From assembly GCA_002633005.1 (NCBI GenBank), contig NMRA01000180.1:45324-109323 (forward strand): a stretch of 64,000 nt of DNA, read 5' to 3'. Below, piece after piece: positions 1-12,620 of the stretch (position 1 is the stretch's first letter; each line of letters opens with the position of its first letter). The notes beneath the pieces are model-generated. The model was not told where the DNA came from. It was given only the letters and a program-made list of their open reading frames with translations, and ran no database searches. Source of the stretch: Phoronis australis. Its lineage: Eukaryota; Animalia; Phoronida. A program made the position numbers and the translations under genes.

Positions 1-2689
1 GTTCTAGGTTACATACCGCTTAAAGGACAATTATTCTTTCAACAATGTACTTTGTACTATAATCAACATTAATACAAGTCATAAAATTTAGTTTTCAAAT
101 CAGTGCCTGATCGTGGGTTACATTTCCTTACGTGAGTAATAAAAATTCATGCCGATATGAGTGTTCTCGTTGTTTCACGCTTCTGTTTAACCGTGTATTT
201 GTCCATGTGAACGTCGTATATGTGACGTCACGTAAACATCACATCCGTGCGTCTGCGTTCCCTCAAGTTTCCTTCGGAGGTGAATTTCAAAAGCAAGTCG
301 TGTAACTGAAATTTGAGGTAACGACATTAAACCTGTATGTTTGTACGAAACCTAAAGAAATGCTTTGCCTGTACAAGGTTTAATAGTGAAAGAGACGACG
401 ACGATAATCGTATATGATAGGCGGTTGAGTAAGGGGTGCACATGCTAAATTCACACGGTATATTGTTACAAGAAAACGTGAATTTCTTCAATTTGTGTAC
501 GAACTACACGAGTGAGAACAATAGCAGTTACCTAAGTACGGTGTGTTGTTTTCAGCTGGCCATCCGGCAAATGGTCGTTCAAGTGATTTAACCACATGAC
601 TAAATGCGGATCAGATTATAGCACAACGATATCTTGAGGGGGTTTCTGATTTTTCATCGTTATCGTACGATTCACAACGTACAACCAGAAAACTGGTAGA
701 ATAACGTTGCTTTGTTTACAATACCTGAACATCTCGTATTGGCGTCAGTTCCGGTTAAACACAAACAGGTTCCCGATTGCGGGTTGGTATCGCATATATC
801 AGCGTTTGCCACAGCGAAAAATCGAAGTACCATCGCATTTTGCTAAATGATGCCTTTGCAGTTTATAATCAGTTGTTTGAATACTTTTAAGGCCGAATTT
901 TAGATTTACGTCTGTACAGGTACCATATGGCCAAGACACAATGAGTTGCAAATTACACGTCATTGCATTAACAGCAGATTGATTTCAACTGTCAATATTT
1001 CACCAATGATTCCTCCCAAAACAAGTAGGTTTTAATAAATGTTCGGTGGTTTAAATGGCCACGTGACCAATCCGACCAGCCCCTCTGATGAGCACAGAAA
1101 CTTCACTCTCTCTTATATTTCCGAAACTTTCGCTCCTACTGAAAATCAAAGTAGATCAAGAAAAAAGAAACGCAAAATCGGCACTTTTCACCCCAAAACC
1201 ATCACTTCCCTGTCGATGCTCGACTAAAGCCAATTAGATTCTGAAAGGAAATTTCATACCAATTCCAAAATTGTGCTTCACAATAGCTGTCAACCAGGTA
1301 TATTTTTCTGCAAATCTTGTTTGAGGGCTACCTGAAATCGTAGCCAATAGCGGAGTTGCAACGTCGCCATATTGGAAATGGGTCAGAATGTTGCATTGTG
1401 GTTAAGCCGGTAAACAAGTACGTCGGCAAGCGTGGGGGCGAACCGGCCACAGGGAGGTTATACGTGTTGTGTGCCTGGCATGCTATAATACCAGTTAGCG
1501 AGATAAAAAATGTAGGAACTACCTGTTTCCCAAGGATCAAAAACTGCGTTAAACATGAGTCAGAGTCATCGGTTGAGCTGGTAGCAAAGGCCGACTTCGT
1601 GAATTCTTTCCGACTTCGTAGCATAAAATATGCAGCGCTCATTTTGAGGGCGGCAAGAAAACGTATCTTGGAAATTGCCCAACAATATCTCCCTTCAAAG
1701 AAGCAGTAACAAATACTCCACGACGGTTGGTAGTGAAAAAAAATGTTTTCGCTTGACCAGAACCACGCCAACATGAGCAATTTTGAGGATAATGCCTCTG
1801 CCCAATCACCTGTTCTAGGTCAACTCACTTAACGTACGCACACTATATGCATTACGCGCTAAGATAAAGCGTGCAGAATATTATTATTTGCTTTGTACAA
1901 AATTGTGGTGCATTGCTATCAAAATTCGTTGTTAAATTACGATCATTTTTCTTAAAATTATGTTGAAGTCCCAGGGCGAAATCTTGCCGACAAATGCTTA
2001 GCTACCGGTCTCGCAATTGTCGATAGGGCTTGAATTCGTGAATAGGAATACAGCTACGACTCAGCAAGTTACCTGAAATCCTCCTCAAGTTTTCCAAATA
2101 GCGTCTCTAAGATTTTTAAGTTCTTGTGGAGTCTGGATTAACTGCAGATTAAGTCCAAATCTGCGCTAGATTGTAGCCCGCAACACGAGAAAAATCTTTG
2201 GAGGAACACACGTTGTTGTCACGTGACGTTTGTTTTAAAGTTTGTATGCGTGTGTGTGAGAGAAAGAGTGCGTGTGCTTGTCATCAGAGTTCATTTACCA
2301 GAGTAATGTAATGATCTAGGTGTGCATTGTATCCAAAGAAATTAAGTTAAGCAGTCAAGCAGAGCGTTTTTTAATAATTAGCTTAGCACTTGCTGGCTTC
2401 ATCTGCTAAAAATGTTCGAGTTTTTTTTTCGGTAAGACCTATATGTCACTCACTGAGTCGCCGGGTGAGTGGATGCGTGACCGTAGTGTAACAGCTATTT
2501 TCCGGAAGATTTGAGGTGTAAAGGTGCGAAGTGGGTCATTTCGACCTTAAAAACACCAATTATGATTAGTTAAATAATTTCTCTTAAAAATAATGCAAAA
2601 GTGTTTTACGGTATTTTGAAACTTTCGGAAATTAGTGCCAATATTTATTTGCCGATGCTATGTTACCCGTTTCATGAATAGATAGTTCC

Positions 2690-2960
2690 CGACTAAATGT
2701 CTTCGATGACAGCCGGTACATTATGCAGCGCGCGCTTCTTGGCCGCTTGCTAACACTGGTCGATTTTTTTTTTATTAGTCTTCGATTCACGGTTTTCACG
2801 TGTACAAAGAAGTTTGGATTCCAGTTGAGGCCGGAGAAGATCTGTACCGGAAAGAAACCGTGAATGCAGTCCCGCTGACAAGTACGCTGCGTCTGTTTTC
2901 AAAGTCCAGACCCGCGTAGTGGGGCACATCCCTCGCAAGAGCAGCAAAACTTCTGCGTTC
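2690..2960 (-). pseudogene. Possible degenerate THAP-domain fragment (transposon relic)
   Basis: Broken minus-strand frames give FCCSCEGC..., then LHSRF...RPQL and a later RLSSK/RHLVGN segment that loosely follows THAP motif order (C-x-C, FHxFP, W, CSxHF). Several frameshifts must be assumed. Confidence 0.2.
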
Positions 2961-5900
2961 TTTTTGAATGGCGGCGTAAGTTTGAAGTGTATACGGACAT
3001 AATGGTGAGGGTCGTGGTCCACAAATTCAGGACTGTCGGATCTTTCAATTGATAAATTGGAGACGTTAGAACTGTAGGTAAGGGCATTTTTCGCATGTTG
3101 ATGGGCTGGGCGCTTACTTTAGCAAAGTCTGAAAACGCGTTGGGGCACTTGTTGGGGCATGGGCGCTTATTAGGGCGAATAGCGGCAGAATTACATACAG
3201 CAGCGTAGTACAATGCACACATATCACACGTCGTGCAAACCAGTCGGTCATTCCATTTACCCTAATCAATCCCAATAGCCTTTGCGCACCCTACTTTCCG
3301 GACATGCGCAATCGTTAAATCGATTCGGTTGCAACTCCGCTATTTCTCAGTCGCTACCCAACAATGCTCAATTGCAACAGGGGGCCGCCATTTTGAAGAG
3401 GAAGGCAGCTGTAGCCCAGCAAGTGGTCTTTTTATATTCTCATCATGTTCACAAGTACAAAAAAGTCGCATTCAATATTTAACTAAAAATCCACTCAAGT
3501 CTGGCCTACCCTAGATTTTAGTATTTTGGGAGTGCACTGGCCGCGGCTGCACCTTAACTGTTGAGTGCCACCTAACGGGGAAAACTAGCGTGGTTCTTTC
3601 ACTGGCAAGGAGGCTATTCGGAGAATTCTCCTCGTGGTGTCGCTGCTGTACTAGTGGTGATTGAATTGCGTATGTGTCGCTGTCTGCATGCAAACAGCTA
3701 CTGGTAAAAAGACGGAATTATTATCAAAATGCTTCGTCGCTATAAGCCCTATCATTGCTATTTTCCCTGGTGCAAGTCTTCGACAGGTGGTCACAAATTC
3801 CCAAAAGACCTAAGGTTACTACATTTGTGGAGAATTGCGGTCAAAAGGGTCAACCAACTGACAAAAAGTGTGTGGATGCCGAAGCCCCGTGTGTGCTACA
3901 TAGTGTAACGTTACTTAGTAAGTTTTTTGCAACCAGTTTCTATCGACATCGTTCGGTGATGTTATCCCCACCAGTTACTCCACTGAATAACGAGTTTATG
4001 GAGTGGAACTAAGTATTTCTTTTCGGAAACTCACCCGTGACTTGGATGCCGGCTAGGCTAGCAGCACATATTCATATATTGTCATGGATGGGACTGCGCG
4101 CAACTTAAGAGGTGTATGTTACGTGACATTCAGAAGTCAAGGGTGACATTTATAGCAGTTTGTCTTCAAAACTATGCTATGTCCAATAAAACTCTAGATG
4201 AGTGAGTTATAAAAATTGACACCTAGAATGAATTTTACTTGTTGAGATTAGAAGCACATTTTAGGTGCCATGAAAAATACAGTGTTAATTCACTTTTAGC
4301 CTTTTTCACAGATTTTAATTCAGATCTTAAATAAGGCTTGGGTACAAAGATCATTAGTTTCTACATATGAACATGAAGATGAAACGTCAAGTATGCTCCG
4401 CCTTACAAAAGTAGTTTTGTCGTGTGTTTTATTTTATAATTTGCTAATATTTCTCTGACTATTCTGTTACAGGTGAAAGAAAATGACTGAAACCAGCCGC
4501 CTGACGGTCTATTTTACCTCTGGACAAAGTGAAAAGCAATCCTTCAGCAATAACCTAAGAGAATTTAACCTAATTCAGTAACTGATGACTATGGACTCCG
4601 TTGCATTGGGAAAATTACAATTGTTTTTAACAATGTTGTTTCATTGTATGTATGTGGTTGTTCAGTTTGCCATTTTGTTTTTAAATGCAGTGATCATTTT
4701 TATTATCGAATCTTGTACTTAACATATTCTTATCCAGCTAGTTACAATTGAAAACATACTTTTCTTGCATGTGGAACTTTTGTTCATAGACAAGTTAACA
4801 CAAAACTTAAAATTGTTCAAAGGCCTTCTTAAGAAAGCTCTAAAAATAATTACACACACAAACAAATCAAATGCAAACAAAGGGAGTATTTCATTTTGAT
4901 CGCTGCACATTTCCATGGGTCAACAGGAAAATGACAATTCGCAAGCGTATTAGGTAATCATTTCAGCTTTATAAAGAATAAGCACAACTGCACTGTATGG
5001 GGATTTAAAAATGAAGAAATATTGTGGTTTCAATAATTAGTGACCAACTTGCCCTTTGAGGAAAAATTTATTCGATCATCAAAGTGTAACATTAACGGAC
5101 TTTCTACTGACAATAAGACATTCAATGCAGTCACTGAATGTCATTTCCCCGTAATGTGCGCCAAGTTGAAAAGCATTTACCATTAGTATAAAGCCTTTTT
5201 TCTGAAAGGAAAAGTTAATGTCACTCAGTGAGAAAGGACAGGTATTTGTAACAGATGCTTTCGGTTTTCGTTTCACTGGAATCTATTTTCAATGGCCAAT
5301 AGAAGCGCTTGTAAATAAGGTCCAGTTTCGGCACGTGGTTTTCCTTCATGTAACCTCATTCAGCCTCAATAACATCCGCAATTAGATCCTTGACATCAGC
5401 ATATCACTTGACTCGTTTTGTGCCCAAAATCTGACCCTGAACTACACCAGAGTGTCACTAGGTGTTCTTTAGCTTCAGTCCCTCATGTTTCTTCCAGGAA
5501 AGGAAATAAGCTATTGTCCACACATGACTCATTGCCTATGAAATGGCATCCTCACTAATGAGGCTGACTAGTGTAGCAGTCAGATATACTTCCTCTTCAT
5601 ACACAAACAATCCACTGGCACTTTGTCTTATGGTAACTTGGTACTGCGATTCACATTTCTCCAGGGCAACTGACTTGGGCCATGCAGCACTGCTGGTGTG
5701 TGTAAATGCTTTGGGAAGAAAAAGCAAAGCTTGTCTGTGTTGGGGCTTGAAGTGGCCTTAATATGTCACTGAAACTCTAACAAATATTGAAATATGAATA
5801 ATTAAGTACTCCAGGTTGGGTAAAAAATGCTACCCCTGTTTTTCAAAAATATGATATAGTGACTGCTCAACAATTTCACACCAAATTAAATAATAACTAT

Positions 5901-7194
5901 TTTCAGAAAGCAAGGGTGTATATAATAAGTATTGAATAAAACTTCGTATTTATTTTTCATTCGTAGCCGTAACAATTCTTTAAACGCATCGCTTGTTTTC
6001 AATGCAAAATATGCAAGTTTTTGAGACAACTTCAAACCTTTGTTACCCATTTTCAAGCCTTTTTATTGTTGATACTTTCAGTAATTTTAAACTACGATTA
6101 CAGATTCATGGGTCTGTCAAGCATACTTCTAGTCTAAAGCTGAGGGAACTGTTTCTCATACATGTACTTGATAATTTTCTTCTAATAGAAGATACGGTAT
6201 GAAGACTTGGGTCATTTAAAAAACGATGGATAATCTTTCTGTTGTTTAAGAGTAATTACAAATCGTAAGGCACCATCAAAAATGCAATTTTCACAAAAAA
6301 TGGCAGTCATTTGAATTTATAAACGACTTGCAACATTTAGCAAAACAGTTTCATGAAATATACTTGATAGAAATTCATGAAGTTTAAGAATTAACTCACC
6401 ATGCTCTTTCCCCCAAACATGTATTACCTGTTATTTCCATACATTCAGTTGCACCTAATTTTACAACCCCAACCCCCTATGCCAATCGCCCGTTAAGGAC
6501 CTGAATAAGTAAATTAACAAAATAACTTACATCATACATTTCTTTAAAAATAGCTTTTCCTTTTCAAAGGCTTTGTTCGTTGCCTTCAATATTGAAACTA
6601 GGCTTTGACAAAAGATCTGCACTGGATGGGAAGATCTTGCTGGTTAGCTGCAGTCAAATGCTTAAAATCAATTTTTGTCCATTCAGGGACGGTGCAGAAG
6701 CGATGCACTGACATCTCCTTTGCATGGAACAAGCCCTCATACCTAAAAACCAAAGGTCACGTTCCATTTCAACGTGTAATAGATTTTCGGAAGACATAGT
6801 ATAGGGAGTAAACAAATAGTCTAATGGATATTTGCCATGTACCCTTTGCCCTTGGGCTTGGACTGTAATTTTAACTCACTATACCCAATATCGAGTTGAC
6901 AGCATAAAAATTCGGCATTGATTGATGTAATGTCACAGATAAACCTGTTAGAAATCATTCCAAACAACAATACTGCTTTGATGTACGAAAAGATCCCGTG
7001 CTACGCCAATTTGTAAGACTTATCACAACAAAGATTAACCCAACTGGCGACTGCCGCGTAGTCGATATCGGCGAGTACCTCAGTTAACATGCATCAGTAG
7101 AATAAACATGGAACCGCTGTTAATAGACCCAATTCACGGCGACAGGAGGCGCGTTCCAAAACGAGGCTCGCTACGATAGCTCTGTTAGCTTATC

Positions 7195-7335
7195 GGCATA
7201 GTTGTATTTCAGTCAGCGTTGCTCCGCGAACGACTAGAAAAATACGAACACTCAACTGTCTGCTTTACAATCCCTAAAGATGTTGAGATTCGGAAGCGTT
7301 GGGTCGTTGCCATACGCCGAGAAGAAGGAAACTAT
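7195..7335 (+). pseudogene. THAP zinc-finger fragment (DNA-transposon relic)
   Basis: ORF 7219-7461 contains CFTIPKDVEIRKRWVVAIRREEG, matching the THAP core F-x-x-P-K-D-x3-R-x2-W-x2-A-I-R-R. The N-terminal Cys pair and C-terminal CSxHF are missing. Confidence 0.6.
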
Positions 7336-8157
7336 GTCCGTGTAAAATTTATCAATGTTTTCGAAAAGTTAGATCATATTTTGTCGCATCTCGGTGCCAA
7401 GCATCATAGTAACGACAGGAGAATGGGCCACCCAGGCTGTGTTTTCATGACTACGGGCTGAAACATTATAATTTTTCTTTCCAAACAGGACAGGCCCTCA
7501 ATCCCTTGAATTTGGGGCCCAATATCGGCCCTATTCCCTCTCAAAAATATTCAATCACGCGAAATTCCCACCACGAGGCATAAAAATTACCCTAGTGAAA
7601 AATTCTCTCTGAGTTCACATCACCACACAGGTGACAATTTTTAAGAGCACAAAAGACTACTTTAAATTTAGACAGAGCCTATGAGAGCTTGCAAAAGGGC
7701 GGGTGTGCTATTGATGGTGATCGGGAGGTAGATTGTTCCCCTCACTCGGCGAAAAAGTCGCCTCTCAGTAGGCACTGGCACCTTTCCCCTCGGATGAACG
7801 AGGCTCCTGGCGACGCACGATAACTATGATTGCTTTGTCCAGTTAACTGAAGTTGAGTTCTACAACGAAGTTATGCTTTGGACGATAGAATTAGGTGTTA
7901 AAATTCAACTTGGTCCAGATTGATATTTGAAACCTAACACATGAAATAGACGAAAGAATTATTACAACCAAGAAAGCAGAATTGATGGTCAAATAGTTTT
8001 TATTTTCAATTACGAGCCTGCTTTTTATTTTAATGAAAATATATTTATAACATCAATTATTCTTTCAGATTAATGACAAATCAACTGTTTTTAGTCCCAG
8101 TGAGTGCATAGGATCAGGCTATGATTGGTGTTAATATTCTTGATCAACAAATTAAAC

Positions 8158-8564
8158 CAGGGTCCGGTCTCTAATCTTTGTACTCGAAACGAACTCAAAA
8201 GTATTTTTCGCAATCTCCCTGCTCCTTTTGTGCGAAATTAAGATAATTGGTTATCAGACTGTGCTCGAATACAATATAGTTTATGCATAGGAGTTTCTAG
8301 TTCAAGTTTTCCCTTGGAGACCCTTATATTCGTGCTACAAACTCGAGTAAAAACTCGAAATTTCGAGTTCAAACTCGAACTTATTGCTTTAATATTGGGT
8401 TTACAAACTGTGAACTAAGGGCAATAAATTATTTACGTAAGTTATTGTGTACTCGAGCATAGAATAATAGACACTTATCTTGATTCCGCCCAAAAGTAGA
8501 GTAGAAAATGCCAAACCTAATTTCGAGTTCCATTTCGAGTAAAAATATTAGAGACCGGGCCCTG
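8158..8564. mobile_element. Foldback MITE with long imperfect terminal inverted repeats
   Basis: Left end cagggtccggtctctaatctttgtactcgaaac versus reverse complement of right end cagggcccggtctctaatatttttactcgaaat. Complementarity extends ~120 bp inward. No clear TSD. Confidence 0.8.
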
Positions 8565-10099
8565 ATGTGGCTAATTGCACAAGACAGCCACCACTGTCTA
8601 ATATGTATTCAACTAGTCAACAATACGAGCAGATGACCTGGTTCGCGTGGAAAGTATTTTGATCAACAATTTACAAGAAAAAAAACGTAACCATAGCATA
8701 CTAATCCGTAACACTACGATCGTTGGAATTTGGTCATATTTACTTTTCATGTTTCGAACCTAGTTTTCCGAAAAAAATAAATCCTTTCGTCAGACAACTC
8801 TTTGGCCCACTAACTTGTTCTCTAATGTAATTTTCTACGTCTCCGTGGTTAATTGTCGACACATTATTAAAATCTAATATCCAGGTTGGACTCGAAAGAC
8901 CGGCTATTTAACTCACGCAATTTCAACTTCCGCTTTGTTTATCGCAGTGAGCCTCGCTTTGGATTTTAATGTCCGCCGCTTGAATTGAGTCAATAATCAC
9001 AAACCTTGCCTTTGAAGAAGGGCGTACTTACTTCCTCTCATAGAAGCACCCTTTTGACACAATCTCAGATTCAGTTGGCACGGCTGCAAGCCATTTCACC
9101 ATGTAATGTATTTAAAGGGCTCACGAAATCCAGGCTGTTTATCTATCACCACTAGTACACGCACGCCCTCTAGTTAATGTAAATTTTCCCAATTGCCCCA
9201 GTGCAGTAGCTCATGCATAATGTATAGCCCGAGCAAATGTTTGTTTGGCCACAGAAGGTATTCTGAAAATTGTAACTGATTATTTTATCTACAGATGAGA
9301 GACGGGTCTGCTTGAACTAGCTGAACCTGTTTTATGTGTCAAGTCGGTGGAAGCAAAAGGTCAGAAAAATAAAATTGCCATGCATTCAAAACACAAAAAC
9401 ACAGTATTACAAAGTTGCTGCACATTGGCTATGATAACGCAATGCTTCAGTGACAACATAGAATTGTTTCATACATGTACATCAAACACGTTTTCTTACC
9501 ACCCGACCTAAGAGGTGCGACAGAGCAAAGAAATCAACTTTTTGTTGCCATTCGAATACCTTAATTCGTGTAAAGCATGAAATACATAGTGTAACAATGC
9601 TAGGAACATTGACGGACCATGCGCTTCACTTTGGAGGTCTCATCCTATATCCGTATGCCCTAAAGAGAATAAAAATGGGCTCGCTTGAAACGACTCAGGG
9701 TACATCAAGTGTCTGGACTAATTTGCCGTTCGTAAAAAAGACTCACACGAGAATCGCATAAGAGTTTCTCATGATATTGCTCTCACTATGGCTACTGGTG
9801 TGGCTGCCCTCAATAAATATTAGGTGTTTTTTTCGGAAATACTGTAAGTTGCGGACGGCAAGCAGATAATACTTGATATATGCATAATTAAATCACGTAT
9901 CAGATACTGGAACTTCTTCCAATGAATGGACGAAATCAATACTTGTACCAAGTTTCAAACGAGGTACCCGTCACCTAGGAATTTCAGCGGCACATCCTTA
10001 TAAGTTCAAGTACAGAATGTTTGAAAAGATACTTTGTGTTAGATTGCAAAAATAGGCAGAACGTAACGAGGTCACTAGCATGTCTCAAGCAGTAATCAA

Positions 10100-10590
10100 A
10101 ATTGTTTCACTTCTTCTTTTACACAAGTTTATTGTTGAGGGTCTTCTTATCCTTCCCCGTCCAAACACTCACGTCTTATCTACAAATATCAGGAAACTAG
10201 CTTTCTAAGTTTTGGATATGGTATCCAGGGTTGCTCAAATCATCTGCAAAAAGAATTTTTGGTGGACCTGAAAGTTTAATTAATTAATCAAGTGGTCATT
10301 AATTAAAATGTGTCTTAGTTTATAACCCAATAATTGTTCATGACTAAGTTGTATTTTTGTTCATTTGAAATAATGTTTTATCCATAGACGTAATCAATAT
10401 TGTTTTACTTCCTCCTTTGTTTATACAAGTTCATTTTTGACGGATTCTTACCCATTCGTGTCCAAAAACCCCATCTTATCTAAGAACCCCCAGGAAAATC
10501 GCGTCTTAGTTGTGGATACGGGGTCCAGGATTACTAAATCATTTTTGAAAGAAGAAGTTTTGAAAGTCTAAGTAAATCGTTTAAGTGTTG
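10100..10590. repeat. Diverged direct repeat, two ~190-bp copies about 300 bp apart
   Basis: 10102-10275 and 10401-10570 share acaagtt...gtccaaa...tcttatcta...caggaaa...tggata(t/c)gg...tccagg...aaatcat in the same order. Probably the body of an old TE. Confidence 0.6.
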
Positions 10591-11021
10591 TTAAGTAGTA
10601 TTGTCTTAATTAATCACTATACGCATTTTCACGTCCTAATTAAATGAATTTCTAGGTCCTTTTTGGAACCAACAGGGACCAAACCCCAGGAATATGCAAC
10701 TCAAGACCCCCCCCTTCTATCATTGGTAGGTGATTTTCAATATAAAAACTCACTCAAACCTTTTGCACTCAAAAGTGTAAATAGAGTCCTGCTGGCTCTT
10801 CAACTAAATAACAGACAAACGACAAACGTCCCTGCCTTAGAGAAGGAAATGGTTAAAGTAAAATGACACCCGATTTAATTAGTCTTTTTTGCCGTCTTAA
10901 TCGGTCTATATCCACTTTGCATCGCATACGGTCGACCTTACCTTGCCAAGAGGTGTCGCGTTAATCTGTGAGGAAGGTGAGAAACGACGCTAGCGACGTC
11001 AGTGGTTCATATGCAGAGTGA

Positions 11022-11270
11022 ATGCCGCTATGTTGCGGTGCATCATTCCCGCTTGTCCGAACTAAGCAGCTGCGAGGAAACCGGGTATATCATTTTTCAC
11101 TTCCTCGAGAGTCCGAAATGCTTAGGAAGTGGCTCATGTTAGTCAAATATTAAATGTACGCTGTAAATAGCAAGTATGAGGCCGTGAAACATCTCCGTGT
11201 CTATGGCCTGCAGACGTCGACAGTGCCTGACGAATGCCGGCTTACCAAATAACTCCATACCTTCCGTTGT
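11022..11270 (+). pseudogene. Degenerate THAP domain (transposon relic)
   Basis: Overlapping frames give MPLCC / CIIPACPN*...KPGISFF / LPRESEMLRKWLMLVK, then KHLRVYGL and NSIPSV. This is the THAP motif series, disrupted by stops and frameshifts. Confidence 0.5.
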
Positions 11271-11599
11271 CTGAGCTTGTTCACGGCGCCTCTCTAGTAT
11301 TTCTTCATCACTGTATTCCTGTTCGAATTCATAGCCTGTAAAACTTAACGATCCATCTGCGAAGTCGGGACTGATGAGCTCTAGCTCGTCCTACGTCGGG
11401 ATTGCGAGTTGCCATACTCTATCTAAATTGATGCAAATTAGTTTTTTTTGGGTGGCATGCTCCTTCAATGCTACTGATGATTCAGAAACGTTACTGAAAT
11501 TCAAATACAAATGACATTGTTTTTCAAGTTAATCCAAAATACATTTATTTTGTTTTAAGGATTTCGTTTCTTCTTTTTCATCACCTTTTTCGATTTTAA

Positions 11600-12620
11600 A
11601 CCATTCATCTTTTTCCCAACTCAATAAACAATTGACGCAGTTATTGATGTGCGAGTATATTTTGGTGCACCGTGGAAAAATTTAATGCCCTTCTGTTGAC
11701 CTAATAATTTTGGATGTGAATCATGAGCATTTTGGGGTAGCAATAACGTCTTTCAATGTTGATCAGATACAGATTTATTTGTGATTAGTCAGCCGAATCT
11801 TCTAGTATCACGAGAAAGATGATGTTTCAACAGGTGCGGTGGAGCACGAGGTTATTTAATACATTGACAAGTCTGAATTGTTATTACTAATGGTATCATC
11901 AAGTACTGATATAAAAAGTAGCACAGCCTCCGCGCTGTAGGGCTTGGACAATGCGGGACGTTTGCGAAATTTAAAATAATGCACGTTGTGTTTGGAAATT
12001 TATTTAAGTAATCTCAACAGACAACAAAGGGATGATTCGTCGTTTGAGATTTTTTGTCTTACTCGTGGCAACATTCATAGCTTAGATATGTTCGTTGGCA
12101 GTATATGTCGCTGGAGGCATCGCCAATTGGCATACTTGCCAACAATGGTGAATTAAAATAAGACACCCAGATTGAAATAGCTGGATACCCGGATGAAATG
12201 CGTGACATCTGTGCCTGCTCTAAATCCAAGAATGAATGGCCCTCCGCAACACACGTATACGGAATCGTCCCAACGGCGTTCATTTCTGGTAGAACGCGAT
12301 ATTTCGGGTAATTCAAAAGTCAAAATCGTTCCAACAGGATTTTTAGTCCAACAGATAACTTAGGGATATGTCGCGTGGGAAATCACAGTACATTTATACC
12401 ATAAGTCATCTTCCAAAAAGCTGGAAATTTTCAAAAAGCTAGGCGTTTTGTCAGATTTCTGAGATGGAGCAAAAACCTTAAAAAAGCAGAACAGTCCCTC
12501 TTCTGTCCGCCAATAACGCCACTGTTGGCAAGTATGGAAAAAGTCGTTGGAATTGGTAATGTCTTCTGTCTTCATTTTCTCTTGCACAGCGGTCACCCCG
12601 TCGATCGGTGTCACCCTCAG
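11600..12620 (-). pseudogene. Possible decayed Crypton/DUF3504-type tyrosine-recombinase ORF
   Basis: Minus-strand fragments in order: QQWRYWRT, LFCFFKVFAPSQKSDKTP, EMNAVG...WVSYFNS, CCLLRLLK*ISK, IRLTNHK, SVSDQH, FHGA/HINNCVN. This loosely follows Crypton recombinase motif order. Many stops; recognised from memory of the family only. Confidence 0.25.

Noticed and set aside
1085-1101. Hammerhead-like CTGATGA...GAAA motifs (also ~11475 on +, and ~24073-24098 and ~42826-42848 on -)
   Set aside because: Stem II does not close with proper pairing, and I found no stem I/III with an NUH site.
1328-1780. Overlapping 150-aa and 117-aa ORFs
   Set aside because: No recognisable motifs or supported splice partners; probably TE-internal sequence.
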